DNA of 63,277 nucleotides, filler included, from Octopus bimaculoides (GCF_001194135.2; 4 parts of 3 records of this genome joined end to end with filler, not necessarily neighbours in it), one strand, 5' to 3'; shown: positions 49,301 to 62,949, counted from the first letter of the whole stretch. Numbers and translations are program-made. Notes: generated by a model from the letters alone, not told the origin.

Positions 49301-52249
49301 TAACATAATAGGGTTTTATAGTTAATTTGTAATCTATATCCTGAAATCGTAATTAATATAAATATTAGTGTGTTACTATAATTTTGTTTTATATTGTAAA
49401 TATCATACAATTGTTGTTTGGAGAAAACTAATTGGGACTGATGCGAAAAATATTATTCTGAATATGTGTTTTTAAGAAAGAAATTAATATTTCTTTTCAT
49501 ACAATATCTGTTTACAATCTCAAATAAACACAATGTGTAAAAAACATTGGTATAAAGATATTTTGTATTAAGAAAAACAAACAACACTTCATTATTCATA
49601 TAATATTTTTCAGAGAGACTTTAGTCTCTGAACTCTATTATAATTTTGTGGCACAATGCTATTCACTAGAAGCCATGGCAAAAGTTGCTTCTATAAAAAA
49701 AAACAAAAATTTTCAATAATTGATAGTTCGAAGTTTTTAGATGAACAAAAATTGAATGAGAAAGGAGAGAAACTGAGTGAGATAGGTAAACAGATAGAGT
49801 GAGAGTGAGAGGAAGAGAAAGAGAGTGAGAGAGAGAGAACGTGAGAGAGAAAGAGAGAGAGAAAGTGAGAAAAGGAGTAATGAAAGATGTTTATTGTGTG
49901 TTATAAGAAAATATAAAGTTGGAATATTCTATTTATACGTTCATTATAGGTATACTGTCATAAACAAACCAGGGTGGAAAATTTTGAGAATGGCCAGATC
50001 ATGGAAGGTAAACAGTTAAACTAAACCTCTTTTTAGAGGCATTGTTGTTAGAAAATTCATTAAAATAATGCGCCAATACATGTAAAAATACATATATACT
50101 TTGATATTTTTCGGATCTGATATTAGTGTCTTGAAAATAGAAAGTATAGCAAAAATAATGCAAAAAATACCTAGCATACATTCTCAATCTTAACCTTATG
50201 TTATAAAAAGTACATTCAACAGTTAATAGCTTATTTTATGACATTCGGTTAGAAAACATATCTCACCTTAATTGTGATAAAAAAAATTCTCCGTAGTCTT
50301 CTTATTGATCAGAATTAGAAACATGAATTTGCTTATTTGTTGAAATGAATTTCCAGATTCTAGATCTAAGCAATTAATTAAACTATGAAAAGCATAATGT
50401 TCTCAAGTTGAGCCAAGATTTATGAATATCATGCATCTAAATAATAATAGTAATTATGAAAGTTTCATAGGTTAAATTTGTGATATGTGTTAGAAAACCA
50501 ATTCTACGAAGTTGATATAATTCTACAAAGTTGTTTCGTATTAAATGATAGTTGGAGAATTAATATTTTAGTAATTAAAAAAATCTCAATCTTTATAATG
50601 CCTCTTAATTGCAGCTTGAACAATGAGAATGATAGGGAAAGGAATACATGTGTGTAATTGAAATTAAAATATATCTGTTATATATATATATAATATATTG
50701 ACACACACACATATTTAAATTATATATATATATATATATATATGAAATATTCATACATACACACATATACATGTATGCATATGTATATACTGACATATAA
50801 TATGTATAGTAACTAGGGAAATTATAGGAGAATGTTCGGGCGATTCAAAAGTCATTTTAGCATTTCAATAGTAAAGTTTTTTCAGTTGAAATTTTGTTTT
50901 TGTAGATTTATTATAGTTATAGATAATACTATGATGCTATCTTGTAAAGTGTCTTTATTAAGATGAAAGAACATTAGTTTCTCTCAAAATGGTACGATAT
51001 AATGGTAATCCTGTTCATTTGTCCAGGCATAACTAGTTCAGCTGCTGACGTCGGTCATTTTGACTGGCTATATATATGGCGGGGCAGTAGACCAGCTATC
51101 TTGGAATCTCTGAGCCATGACAGTCAGCGGGGTAGACTGGATGGTCTAATGAGTGTAGTGAGGAAGTAGTTGAACGGTTCGGCGAGGAGTGATGAAATGT
51201 GAGAGAGCGATAAAGAGAGAGAGAGAGAGAGAGAGGGAGGGAAAGAGAGAGAGAGAGAGGGAGGGAGAGAGAGAGAGAAAGAGAGAGAAAGAGAGAGAGA
51301 GGGCAGGCGAAACTTACATTCAAGAGTTACTTGACCTCAACTGGCCTCGATTCTTGGTCGGTTTATAGTAACACTCAAGAGATTTTAACATTAACCTATA
51401 TATGTCTATATATGCTTTACATATATACCAACACACACACATGCACACACGCACACACACATACATAAATACACGCACACACACACATGTATGTATATAC
51501 TTAAGTATATATATTTGCATGTAATATATTAAAAAATGTGTGTGTGCATGCTTATACATACATACATACATACATACATACATACNNNNNNNNNNNNNNN
51601 NNNNNNNNNNNNNNNNNNNNNNNNNNNNNNNNNNNNNNNNNNNNNNNNNNNNNNNNNNNNNNNNNNNNNNNNNNNNNNNNNNNNNNNNNNNNNNNNNNNN
51701 NNNNNNNNNNNNNNNNNNNNNNNNNNNNNNNNNNNNNNNNNNNNNNNNNNNNNNNNNNNNNNNNNNNNNNNNNNNNNNNNNNNNNNNNNNNNNNNNNNNN
51801 NNNNNNNNNNNNNNNNNNNNNNNNNNNNNNNNNNNNNNNNNNNNNNNNNNNNNNNNNNNNNNNNNNNNNNNNNNNNNNNNNNNNNNNNNNNNNNNNNNNN
51901 NTATATATATATATATATATATCGAAGCAATGGCGCAAACTCGGTGTTTACGTATAATCACAGTTTAGGTCAGTTGAAATATGTTTGTCACATATTTCAA
52001 CTGTTAAAAGTATATACACTGCAGTTACCGTGGAGAAAAATTCTCTCTTAACAGAAATTGTGATACATACATAGATACATAGATACATACATACATACAT
52101 GCTTGCATGCATAAAACACCCCCCCACACACATATACATATATATATATAATTGAAAAAATAAAGTACTAATCAAATTTAGGATCAATGGAATCATCTAA
52201 CGCCATTCCCTTAAAACGGTTGGCTTTCAGCTTAAATTAGAAACCATTA

Positions 52250-52420
52250 TAAGCAAAATACTTAGCGGCATGTCTTCCGGCTTTTTACGTTCTGAGTTCA
52301 AATTCCGCCAATATTGACATTGCTTCTCACTCTTTCAGGGTTAATGAAATAAATACCCGCTGAGAAGTGGGATGGGTGTAATTGACTCGGTTCCTCTCAC
52401 TAAAATTGTTGGCCTTGTAA
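52250..52420 (+). mobile_element. SINE family A copy
   Basis: cttagcggcat...acgttctgagttcaaattccgcc core. Confidence 0.75.
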
Positions 52421-53044
52421 AATTCTAAAAAAAACTTCAACAATTTATGCCTTTTGTACAGCATCACTATGTGTACCTCTGCGTTCCAGAAGTGTGCAGC
52501 ATTGTCTTTTGAGTATGTTCAATTCAGCTTGTATACTGCATTAACTTTCTTTGTTGTGGGATTCGTTTTGATTTTCTGTTGGTTCAGTGCTACGTACGTT
52601 TTGTAAAGTATTTGTTGTTCTATTCCACTGGAGATTTAGGTAGAGTACGTTCTGTGTTTTAATATTAAGTGATGAATGTAGTCGGTATGGGCTGTGTACA
52701 GGGAGTGTACAGTTAAAATTGTGCTATTGAAATGAACGCATCTTGCGTAGAATGTGTACTATATCTAGTAGGGCTCCTTTTGAACTGTGTGTAAACTTGG
52801 TAGCCCTGATATCTGCTTTTTAAGAATTAAACATTTCTTTACCATATATAGTGTTCTACTAATTGGTACCATTGACAACTTACTCCCATATCGTGCATAT
52901 TTCGCTTTAGCAATCTTTGTACTGTGACAGATTGTCCATCCCTTTCAAAGCCATGTCTTGATCAACCGGGACCAAAATATTTACTACGGTTCATGTACTC
53001 TAGTTACATTTGGGTTGTTCTTTTCCTTGATATTATTATGGTTT

Positions 53045-53165
53045 GAGTGCCGGTCAAAGAACCTTATAGTACTTGCTCTGGCTTTTTACGTTTTGAATAT
53101 ATATAGCTCACCAAGGTCAACTTTATTTTTCATGGCTCCCATGATAGTAAATACCAGTAAAATTC
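53045..53165 (+). mobile_element. SINE family A, highly diverged copy
   Basis: ttacgttttga...ccaaggtcaacttt...aaataccagta. Confidence 0.45.
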
Positions 53166-53999
53166 TGAATTAATACAATCTTCTATCATTACTACTACTA
53201 CTACTACTACTACTAAAGATGTTAGTGTGAATCGGAAATTTACAAACCTGAGATTTATCTATTTAAAACCTCTTTGTATTCCAGTCTAATTGTTGATAAA
53301 TTGATACATGTAACTGAGATTACATAGAAAAAACTTAATAAGTTTAACAGCACTGAATTAGTTAGATATAACTACTTAACTTTTTACTGATATAAATAAT
53401 ACTTTCCGTTATCTACTTCACACCCCTTAATGATGACAGCACAGATTTTGCTGCTCCATAAGATGTAATATATTAAAGTAACATTTTCTTACGTCTTTTA
53501 TACAATAATGCCTAGTTCCTGCTCTCAAAATTGATGCACTCTTACTCCCAAATTTCCTTGTCATTGATAAGGCCATATCATTCGGGTTTAGATCAAAATT
53601 TCATTTATTTTATTTTGTTGTTTCTAGTTTTGCCAAGAGGTCTAAAAACATCATAAATAACAGATTAATGACGGAGGTAATTATTGTTTCCCAAGCTCAA
53701 ACTCATAATCCTTCGCAAAGTTGATAAGTCAATCAAGACAGTAATTAATAACACACCAAAGTGGCCTTGATATTACAGTTTGCACATAAACTTGAATGTC
53801 AAACTGCACACACACACATGCACACACACACGCATACACACACGCGCGCACATACACACGGTTAACCTATTGGCATTGGTGGATTCCCACAGGCATGTAC
53901 GCTGTGAACACACTTTCCACGTCGATTCAGCATGATAATGTGGAATAAATAGACTTTTGAGTTACAAGTACAATCCACAAAGAGAGAGAGGGGAGGAGG

Positions 54000-54038
<39 letters not shown>

Positions 54039-54089
54039 AGAGAAAGAAAGAAAGAGAGGGAGAAAGAGAAAAAGAGCAATTAACAAATC

Positions 54090-54240
54090 AACGCAAGTAC
54101 TGGATTGGTACTTCATTTATCGACCTGGAAAGGATGAAAGGCAAAGTTGACCTTGGTAGAACTTGAACGCAGAGTGCTGAGATGCAAAATATATTCCACA
54201 AGACATTCTGGACGATACTAAAACGATTCTATCAAGTCGC
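54090..54240 (-). mobile_element. SINE family A copy
   Basis: ggtacttcatttatcgacctggaaaggatgaaaggcaaagttgacct, reverse complement of the core. Confidence 0.8.
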
Positions 54241-56632
54241 CATCTTTATTAGGAGTACCAATTATTTTACTTTACTGAAATATAATATTATTATAAATAT
54301 AGTTTTTTTGCTGTCATGTACAATTGTTCTCCTCCAAATATTTCATAATTCTACTTTGGTATCTTTTCTCAGCATTGCTTCTAGTCCAAAAGAAAACTTT
54401 GAGTACAGTCATGGGTATTCGTTCGAAGAGATGACAAACAATAATTTTCAGAGGGAGTTTGAAACATGATATGTGTTAATAATTTACGTAATGTTGTTTT
54501 TATTCCCACCTTTAACAAGTTTCTTCCTCAACAAGGCATTTCACTGAACATGAATTCATGATTTCATAATGTATCGTTATACACTGTTCTGTTGTTAATA
54601 TTTCCATCGAATTTGGTCTACGCTTTTTTCTTTTTCTTTCTTTCTCATAGCTGTTATCGTCGTCGTCATTATCAATGTCGTTGTTATTGTTTAGTTCTAA
54701 GCCATAACTACATCTTCAATGTATCCTCTCCTTTGTTCAAGTACGTCATATTTGAGTGAGGTTTGGTAGTTATATTTAGCATTTCAAGCAATTGCATATA
54801 GGATCGTTTCTCCGTTGGTTCATCCAGTGTTATCCTTATGATACAGAATCTTTCATTATGATATCCATTAGGAATTTTGGGCTCATTAACAATCTGCTAC
54901 ATACTTTCCTTGGTTTTTATATTTCAGAGTGATAAAGGAGTACTTTTGGTTTCAAAAGAAAGTCATATATCATGCTCTCAACATTTCGGGGTCCATTTAT
55001 ATTTTATTAGTTATGACTATGAATTGTTGCAAAACAGTTTTGATTAAATCGTGAAATATTTCGTGTGATATTTCCACGCCGGTTATCTCTGTGGAAGTTC
55101 CGTGGCACTCTGAAAAGTGTTTTCCAAAGCACTTTGTTTTATCTGCTTCGAGACATTTCTACTACAAAGAAACAATATCTCTTTCTTATCCTCTTTCTGT
55201 ATTGCCCCATATTTCTCCGACTAGGCAAGCGACTGTATATTGCTGTTGTTATTGTTGTTGTTGTTATTATTATTATCAGTATTATCATTATTAATATTAT
55301 TATTAATATTAATGTTATCATTGATTTTATTATTATTATTATTAGTGTAGTGATAGTATTAGTATTAATATTATTATTATTGCCATGTCTGATCCGATTA
55401 TATGCTTTTTATATCACAGAAATATCGGGAATTTCATTCGTAACTTTTAACGATATAATTTCCATACACTCACTCTTCCGCGCTAAAAGTTAATTTTGTC
55501 GCATTTCAAATCTATTGCCATTCATGTCTCATTGTTATTTCATTGTTATTTTATGATATAGCAACCTTATTGTATCATATAAATTTTATTAAAAATACTA
55601 ATGCACTTGTTTTCAGAACATCTTATTAACATATAAAATATTTTAAGAGAAATGAAGGAAAAATGTTAATATTTCCGTTTTGTATAATATTGCAAATTTA
55701 ACAAAACTAATGGATATTTTGTTTCATGTAATTTCATCAATATAAAACAGATTTTCCAACATGTATTAGTTTTGCAGTGAAAATTCGCAAAGGAAACGAG
55801 AAAATATCGCAAATAATATAAATGATTAGTACCGAATTTTGAATATGCAACTTAAGTCGTTAAAAGTTTGAAAATTTAAAAGAAAGAAACAATTAAATAA
55901 AAAAATAACAGCAACAGCACCATCATCATCACTAACAATAACAACTACGGAATATGAAGTATGAGACAAGTTATCAGATTCTTCAGCCATATATTTAAGT
56001 AACCAAATAGACAAAAGAGAATGAAAATAAAAACTGTTTTGAAACGTAAGCATTAAATAAAGTGAGCCCAATTTCTCTATGGATTTCTATCTGATAAAAT
56101 TTAGATCACGTTTACATCTAAAATATTATATGTAATATGATACGATATGATATTATTTGACATAATATAATGTTATATCATAGTGAAGGAATGATAGCTA
56201 AATCACGTATAAGTAGTACGATTACAACTGAGAAGCTGAGATTTATGATGTGATGAATGTTAAAAAAATAACAAAATTTTCCTATATATATATGTATATA
56301 TATAAACAAATATAAATCTACATACACACGGACATATATATATATGCATATATGTGTGTGTGTGTGTAAGTGTGTGCGCGCGTGTGTGCGTGCGTGTGTG
56401 TACTTGTATGTACGAATACACTCATAAACATGCACACATGTATCAGTACATGAGTTGTTCTATGAAATTATATATATATATAATATAAACTGAGAATAAT
56501 GGGCCGAATTTTAATTTATACGATAAAATCAATGTGGCTCTGCTACACGGTCATTAAGTGTCTGTAAAGACATATGCACACACACACACACACACATACA
56601 TACAAGCAGACGCACGCACACACACACACACA

Positions 56633-56676
<44 letters not shown>

Positions 56677-57300
56677 NNNNNNNNNNNNNNNNNNNNNNNN
56701 NNNNNNNNNNNNNNNNNNNNNNNNNNNNNNNNNNNNNNNNNNNNNNNNNNNNNNNNNNNNNNNNNNNNNNNNNNNNNNNNNNNNNNNNNNNNNNNNNNNN
56801 NNNNNNNNNNNNNNNNNNNNNNNNNNNNNNNNNNNNNNNNNNNNNNNNNNNNNNNNNNNNNNNNNNNNNNNNNNNNNNNNNNNNNNNNNNNNNNNNNNNN
56901 NNNNNNNNNNNNNNNNNNNNNNNNNNNNNNNNNNNNNNNNNNNNNNNNNNNNNNNNNNNNNNNNNNNNNNNNNNNNNNNNNNNNNNNNNNNNNNNNNNNN
57001 NNNNNNNNNNNNNNNNNNNNNNNNNNNNNNNNNNNNNNNNNNNNNNNNNNNNNNNNNNNNNNNNNNNNNNNNNNNNNNNNNNNNNNNNNNNNNNNNNNNN
57101 NNNNNNNNNNNNNNNNNNNNNNNNNNNNNNNNNNNNNNNNNNNNNNNNNNNNNNNNNNNNNNNNNNNNNNNNNNNNNNNNNNNNNNNNNNNNNNNNNNNN
57201 NNNNNNNNNNNNNNNNNNNNNNNNNNNNNNNNNNNNNNNNNNNNNNNNNNNNNNNNNNNNNNNNNNNNNNNNNNNNNNNNNNNNNNNNNNNNNNNNNNNN

Positions 57301-57334
<34 letters not shown>

Positions 57335-57776
57335 TACATACAGGTATACTCAGGTACAGGTGTTGCAAAGCTATTAGCGTACACTTTGGCAAATGATATT
57401 ATTTCGCTGAAATATCTCTGAATCTCAGATCGACATAATGTGACATATATTGTTATTGAAGCTTAGAGAAATAATGCTGCGTGTATTTTTATACAAATAT
57501 CTTCGAACTTTTGATTGCTTGTATGAATATATGGTTATTCCCTGTTTATGAAGTTTTAAAAGGATACATGTCTACATATCTACACATCAGTATATGTTTA
57601 TAACATAAGCATTGTTAAACTCCTCATTAGATATATTGATACATTTACAATCATTGCATATACACTTCCTCTCTCTCGCACACTCACACGCACATATAAA
57701 CGCACATATTCCACACGCACACACACATATATATTTAATATATACACACATGTATAGACAAACATATACATATAAG

Positions 57777-57815
<39 letters not shown>

Positions 57816-59255
57816 ATATGTATATATGTATATATGTATATGTATATTATGAAAAAGCTATACACCATTTACGGAATAATAGATCACATGCTGCCAGGTT
57901 TACAACGGCGCAATATAGAAAAAACACCTTTCAACAAAATAAAAACGTTTTCGACTGGCGTATAAAGCAAAGCATACAAAACGACTCTGGATTTCTTGCG
58001 TCGATTTAAAAATATGAAATGAAATCATTAGTATATAGGGCACGATTTACTTGGCGATTGAGCGTTGTAGATGTCTTTCCCTTTTATCACTTCCTTTTAT
58101 TTACCGGATAGGAATACGGCGATTGAAAGGCGCGAAAAGGAGGCAAAAAGGAATTGAAGAAAGCAGACGAGATGGGTGGCCGCAAGCAGGATATTACAAT
58201 GTCTTTGTAAAATTATAAATTCTTAACTAGTCCAAATCTCGATATAGCACCTTTTGGTCTAATATATTTTTGTTCTTTATATTTGTAACGTCAGATCATC
58301 AGGTGTTCTCAGGGAAGACTAGATCTTGTACATAAAATAGCAGGATCTGTAAGAAGGGATAATAAATTCAAGTCAATATTAGATCAAATATTTTAAAAAG
58401 AAATTCGTGCTATTCATTGAATTTTGTTAGCGATTACAAATTAAATGTTTAAAATACTAATCTCGCCTAATAATAAACGAAAAAGGCTTTCATACATGTA
58501 CATATTAAAGTGACCTTGACCTATGTTCTGATGTAATTTATTTAGTAATTATATCTAAATGACCAATTTTTATTATTTAAGTAAAAAATTGTGCTTTAAA
58601 AGGTTAAAAATAGAAAATGGAGAGTTTTTAATAGTTTCTCATTAATGATCATATTCAAAATGACAAGCGTATATCTTGCAATCTTCCATTTTCCAGCATA
58701 CTAAATAAATTTGATTGAATATGACACTTCGAATTATAAGTTTCTTCTGTCAATAAGTTATTTCCTTTTTTACTTTTGCTCAATAATTTTTTTACGTTTA
58801 GGATGGATTCAGCAAAACTCCATTCAGTATATATTAGTCTTTGTGTTCTAAATAGAAAGATAACTGTCCCGATTAGAACAGTTACAGAAAAGTTTCTGAC
58901 TTTGGAAAAAAACAAACAAACAAAAAAACGAAAAAAACAGGAGAGCAAAAAATGGCTGGAAAAGTTCGTTCTTTCTTGTTAGCTAGCATGATAATTGCTT
59001 AACGGTTGGCAATCAGAGTTATGTATTATATGGTATATAAAGATTTTATGGAAATGTTGAAATAGAAAAGGTTACTCTGATTTTTTTGAAAGATTATTTC
59101 AGAAGGTGCTATCTACCTAACCAAAATAAATAACCACTTCTATTCCTTCACAAAATGAGAACATATCATTGAAAGTATTTAATATGTTTAGACTTGTAAG
59201 AGATTTCTGATAAAATGCTCTTACTTTCTGTAACTATTTCAAATATAAATTATAT

Positions 59256-59453
59256 TACAGTTCTATATTTAAGAGATGAGGAATTATATACATTATTTAC
59301 ATTGTTTACATTTGACGGATATTTGTCCTCATCTTATTTGTTGTTAACACAACGTTTCGGCTGATATGCCCTCAGCCTTCATCAGGTGTCTTGGGGAAAT
59401 TTAGAACCTGAGATCTCATTCCTAAGGTATTTTAACGATGTTATTATTATTAC

Positions 59454-59517
<64 letters not shown>
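59256..59517 (-). mobile_element. Hammerhead-containing interspersed repeat (Penelope-like terminal repeat or derived non-autonomous element), ending in (ATT)n at a gap
   Basis: Contains the hammerhead listed below, a 9-bp hairpin AGATGAGGA/TCCTCATCT (59274-82 and 59326-34) and an (ATT)n tract. The element's 5' part is hidden by the gap at 59518. Confidence 0.7.
59346..59390 (-). ncRNA. Minimal type I hammerhead ribozyme motif
   Basis: Minus strand 5'-GACAC CTGATGA A GGCTGA gggcata TCAGCC GAA AC GT T GTGTT-3': intact CUGANGA and GAAA boxes, 6-bp stem II, 5-bp stem I with one G-U pair, palindromic loop-less stem III (AACGTT), GUU cleavage triplet. Confidence 0.8.
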
Positions 59518-59617
59518 NNNNNNNNNNNNNNNNNNNNNNNNNNNNNNNNNNNNNNNNNNNNTTAATTAATTAANNNNNNNNNNNNNNNNNNNNNNNNNNN
59601 NNNNNNNNNNNNNNNNN
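59518..59617. other. Synthetic scaffold join: 44 N + TTAATTAATTAA + 44 N
   Basis: Linker at 59562-59573. Confidence 0.9.
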
Positions 59618-60943
59618 TTTCAATTGCATGAACTAAAGTCGGATGGGGGCGAGATAAAATACCTGCATCAACTTGCTATAAAAGCAGGTAGAAATATTAC
59701 CTTGTTCTTATTGTTAGTGCAAGTTTTGAAGAGTATAGTTCGATTGTAACAGTTATTTTTTCAAAGCTATAATGGAAGTGATAAAGGAGCATATTCGAGA
59801 TATTCTGCTTTGTGAGTTCGATAAAGGCAACAATGCAACGGAAAGTGTGAGGAATATTAATGCAGTATATGAGGATAAGACAATAAGCGTAAGCCAGTGT
59901 CAACGGTGGTTCCAGAAGTTCCGAGCCGAAAACTACCGCCTAGAAGACAAGCCTCGTCCTGGAAGATCTGTTGAGCTCGACAAGGACGTTCTGCAAATCC
60001 TGGTGGAACAAAATCCCATCGTAACTGTTGAGGAAATAGCAGGGAATCTTGGATTTGGTCATTCAACCATTCATCGACACCTGCGTGCCATCGGAAAACG
60101 ACCATCTTTGGTTTCAAAACGAAAAGTGTTCTTCCATCAGGATAATGCTCAGCCAGGATGATATTCTAAAGGCTGGAACAGTTTGAATGGGAAACGATGC
60201 CCCGTCCACCATATCCGCTGGACATTCCCATCTGATTATCATTTATTCCGGAGTCTTCGAAATCATTTCGAGAGAAAATATATGAATTCTGTAGACGAGA
60301 TCAGAAGAGTGCTGGGGGAGTATTTTTCGTCACGGACAATTTTGGGCGAGGGGCCTTGCAAGTCTACCAGATAGATGGAAGAGCATTGTATAGAATGAAA
60401 GAGAGTATATTTTAGATTAAAAAAGAACTTTACTCTTTTACTCTTTTTTTATTTGTTTCAGTCATTTGACTGCGGCCATGCTGGAGCACCACCTTTAGTC
60501 GAGCAAATGGACCCCGGGACTTATTCTTTGTAAGCCTAGTACTTATTCTATCAGGCTCTTTTGCCGAACCGCTAGGTGACGAGGACATAAACACACCAGC
60601 ATCGGTTGTCAAGCAATGCTAGGGGGACAAACACAGACGCACAAACACACACACATATACATATACATATATNNNNNNNNNNTATATATATATATATATA
60701 TATATATATACGACGGGCTTCTTTCAGTTTCCGTCTACCAAATCCACTCACAAGGCTTTGGTCGGCCCGAGGCTATAGTAGAAGACACTTGCCCAAGGTG
60801 CCACGCAGTGGGACTGAACCCGGAACCATGTGGTTGGTAAGCAAACTATTTACCACACAGCCACTCCAGCGCCTATGTTTATCTTAATTTTGAAAAATAA
60901 AAGAAATATAAAAGAACTGCACAATTAATGGGATGACCTAATA
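59618..60943 (+). mobile_element. Internally deleted mariner (D34D-type) element interrupted by a SINE
   Basis: ORF 59772-60161 encodes both N-terminal HTH regions (HIRDILLCEFDKG..A...NIN.VY....S...CQRWF.KF...LEDKPRPGR...HSTIHRHLRAIGK) joined directly to RPSL..KVFFHQDNA; later PY..DI.SDYHLFRSL and LPDRW. TIR-like gcacaattaatgggatgacctaata-TA at about 60919-60943; the left TIR would fall in the gap. Confidence 0.85.
60431..60874 (-). mobile_element. Full-length tRNA-derived SINE family D with internal (TA/TG)n microsatellite
   Basis: Head with A-box-like tggctgtgtgg and B-box-like ggttcagtcc; ccttgggcaagt segment; internal microsatellite; tail hairpin cagtc-aaat-gactg plus A-rich repeats. Inserted between the mariner stop codon and the right TIR. 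Confidence 0.9.
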
Positions 60944-61689
60944 TATATATGAGTTGGTCATGTAGCAGTTGTCTCCTCCGTCAGCATGTGTGTATACACT
61001 CTGCGTTCCTCCTACGGCATTAAGAGTATTTTAACTCTTATTTCTAGCAATGGTGGTGCTCCGGCACCCTTAGTCACACTTAGTAATGATTGAATTTTTC
61101 CTTTATAGTATCACATTGCGCCTTGGCTGTTTATATTAATACACACACACACATACAGTTATTTATTTAGATAGATACATACATACATACATACATACAT
61201 ACATACGTACGTACGTACATGTATACCTAAGTGTCTGTGTGTTGTGGTTGTGTCTGTGCACAAAACATGCAAGAAAGGACGGGTAGAAGAGAAGTGGTGG
61301 TTCCATTCTTCCGTTGATATTGCCAGAAGCTGAAGAAGCCGCACCAGATAGCAATGGACGTTAATTTATTTCTTGCTGTGGTTGCGTCTGTAGGCGCGCG
61401 TGTGTGAGTATGAGAGAGAGAGAGAGAGAGAGTCGGTGAAGGGATACAGAAGGGAGGATGAAGATATAGGAAGAAAGACAATGGCGAGAGAGAGAGAGGG
61501 TGGGAGGGAGAGAGAAATGAAATGAGAGAGTAGGTAAGGAGGATTAAATCTGAACAAGGAACTCGTTGTGTACTACGTCTATCTGCCTGTATACTTGTGT
61601 CTGTATGTGTATATAGCTATGTACCGGTATGTGTTTTTATGTATATATATATATATATGTATGTATTTATTTATTTATTTATGGGTTTC

Positions 61690-61789
61690 NNNNNNNNNNN
61701 NNNNNNNNNNNNNNNNNNNNNNNNNNNNNNNNNTTAATTAATTAANNNNNNNNNNNNNNNNNNNNNNNNNNNNNNNNNNNNNNNNNNNN
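61690..61789. other. Synthetic scaffold join: 44 N + TTAATTAATTAA + 44 N
   Basis: Linker at 61734-61745. Confidence 0.9.
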
Positions 61790-61822
<33 letters not shown>

Positions 61823-62949
61823 CATATATACATATATAGACATATATATATGTATATGTATATGTGTGTGTGTGCGTGCGTGCACGCGCCCTCACACACA
61901 CACACTCACTTACGCACACACACACACAAACTCAAACATACGCACACATAAACGTGTGTGCCAGTGAAATAATATCAATAGTTAATCCATTGGAAATTAC
62001 GCTCAAGAGATTTCTATAAAATACTTTGCAATCGATTTCTGACTAAGAAGAGTCCAATACATATACTTGTGAAATTTATAATACCACGTGTCCTGGGCAT
62101 ATTACTAGAAAACATAGTCACATCTTTACTGTACTGCAAGTATTCTATATGTCATACGAACGCCTTTACTGTCTTGCAAAGCGTCCCATCAATATTTGTG
62201 AAAATATGGACCACGTCAGAGATTGCACGACAGATAAAGTGTGGAGTTCGAACTTTTGTTTGCTGGAGAAGAAAATTCTTATGTAGAATGAAGAGTTTCA
62301 AAATCAGGTCATCAGATGCTAAGACGGTCTCGGAATGATGCCGATAATCGTAGTGGCTTTTACATTGATTAGTTTAGACTGAAACCCTGTAAATAATAAA
62401 GGAAATATTTGAAGGTTTCCTATTCATCGTTATTCATTCTTATATATCTTATCGAGTCTTCTCAACTCTTACATCAACGTCTAAACTATTCATTCACTTA
62501 TGAATTTTAATAAAACCGAAACTTGTCCAGGATGCCCACCACAGTACCAGATTTTGTCCTTAGTCTTTACTATTTTATATTTTAATTTAATTTCGATTAT
62601 TCCATATTCCAAAGTTATTCCTCGCCTCCTTCTTGAGTAGGAATGAACGTAAAGAGAATTATATATTTCTTCATTAATAATATAATCTTTATAAAGAAAA
62701 TCATCGCATCATTACATGAAAATGTTACCTCTGGTCCATTTTGCATTAGAGTAACTGTAATACAATTATAGTTTGCTCTTGACCAATGATACCTATTCAC
62801 AATTCCATATGTCATTGATAATTGAAGATAAAATGTCTCTATTGAAATCATAGAGGGGTTATGAACTGCCACCCCCTCTGAACATTTAATGTTTTACATA
62901 TTCAGTATTTTATATATTATAAGGAAGTCGATCCGAATATATGGAAGCT

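Noticed and set aside
51085-51152. HDV-like ribozyme suggested by TAGACCA/TGGTCTA pairing
   Set aside because: P1, P3 and L3 could not be built and J4/2 is non-canonical.
52480-52960. Possible LINE C-terminal remnant on the minus strand
   Set aside because: No motif could be read with enough confidence.
54900-55060. Strong acceptor ttggtttttatatttcAG with two open frames
   Set aside because: No adequate donor before the stops and no homology; such acceptors are common in AT-rich DNA.
58286-58316. Minus-strand CTGATGA resembling the 59.3-kb hammerhead
   Set aside because: No stem II and no GAAA box; at best a deleted relic.
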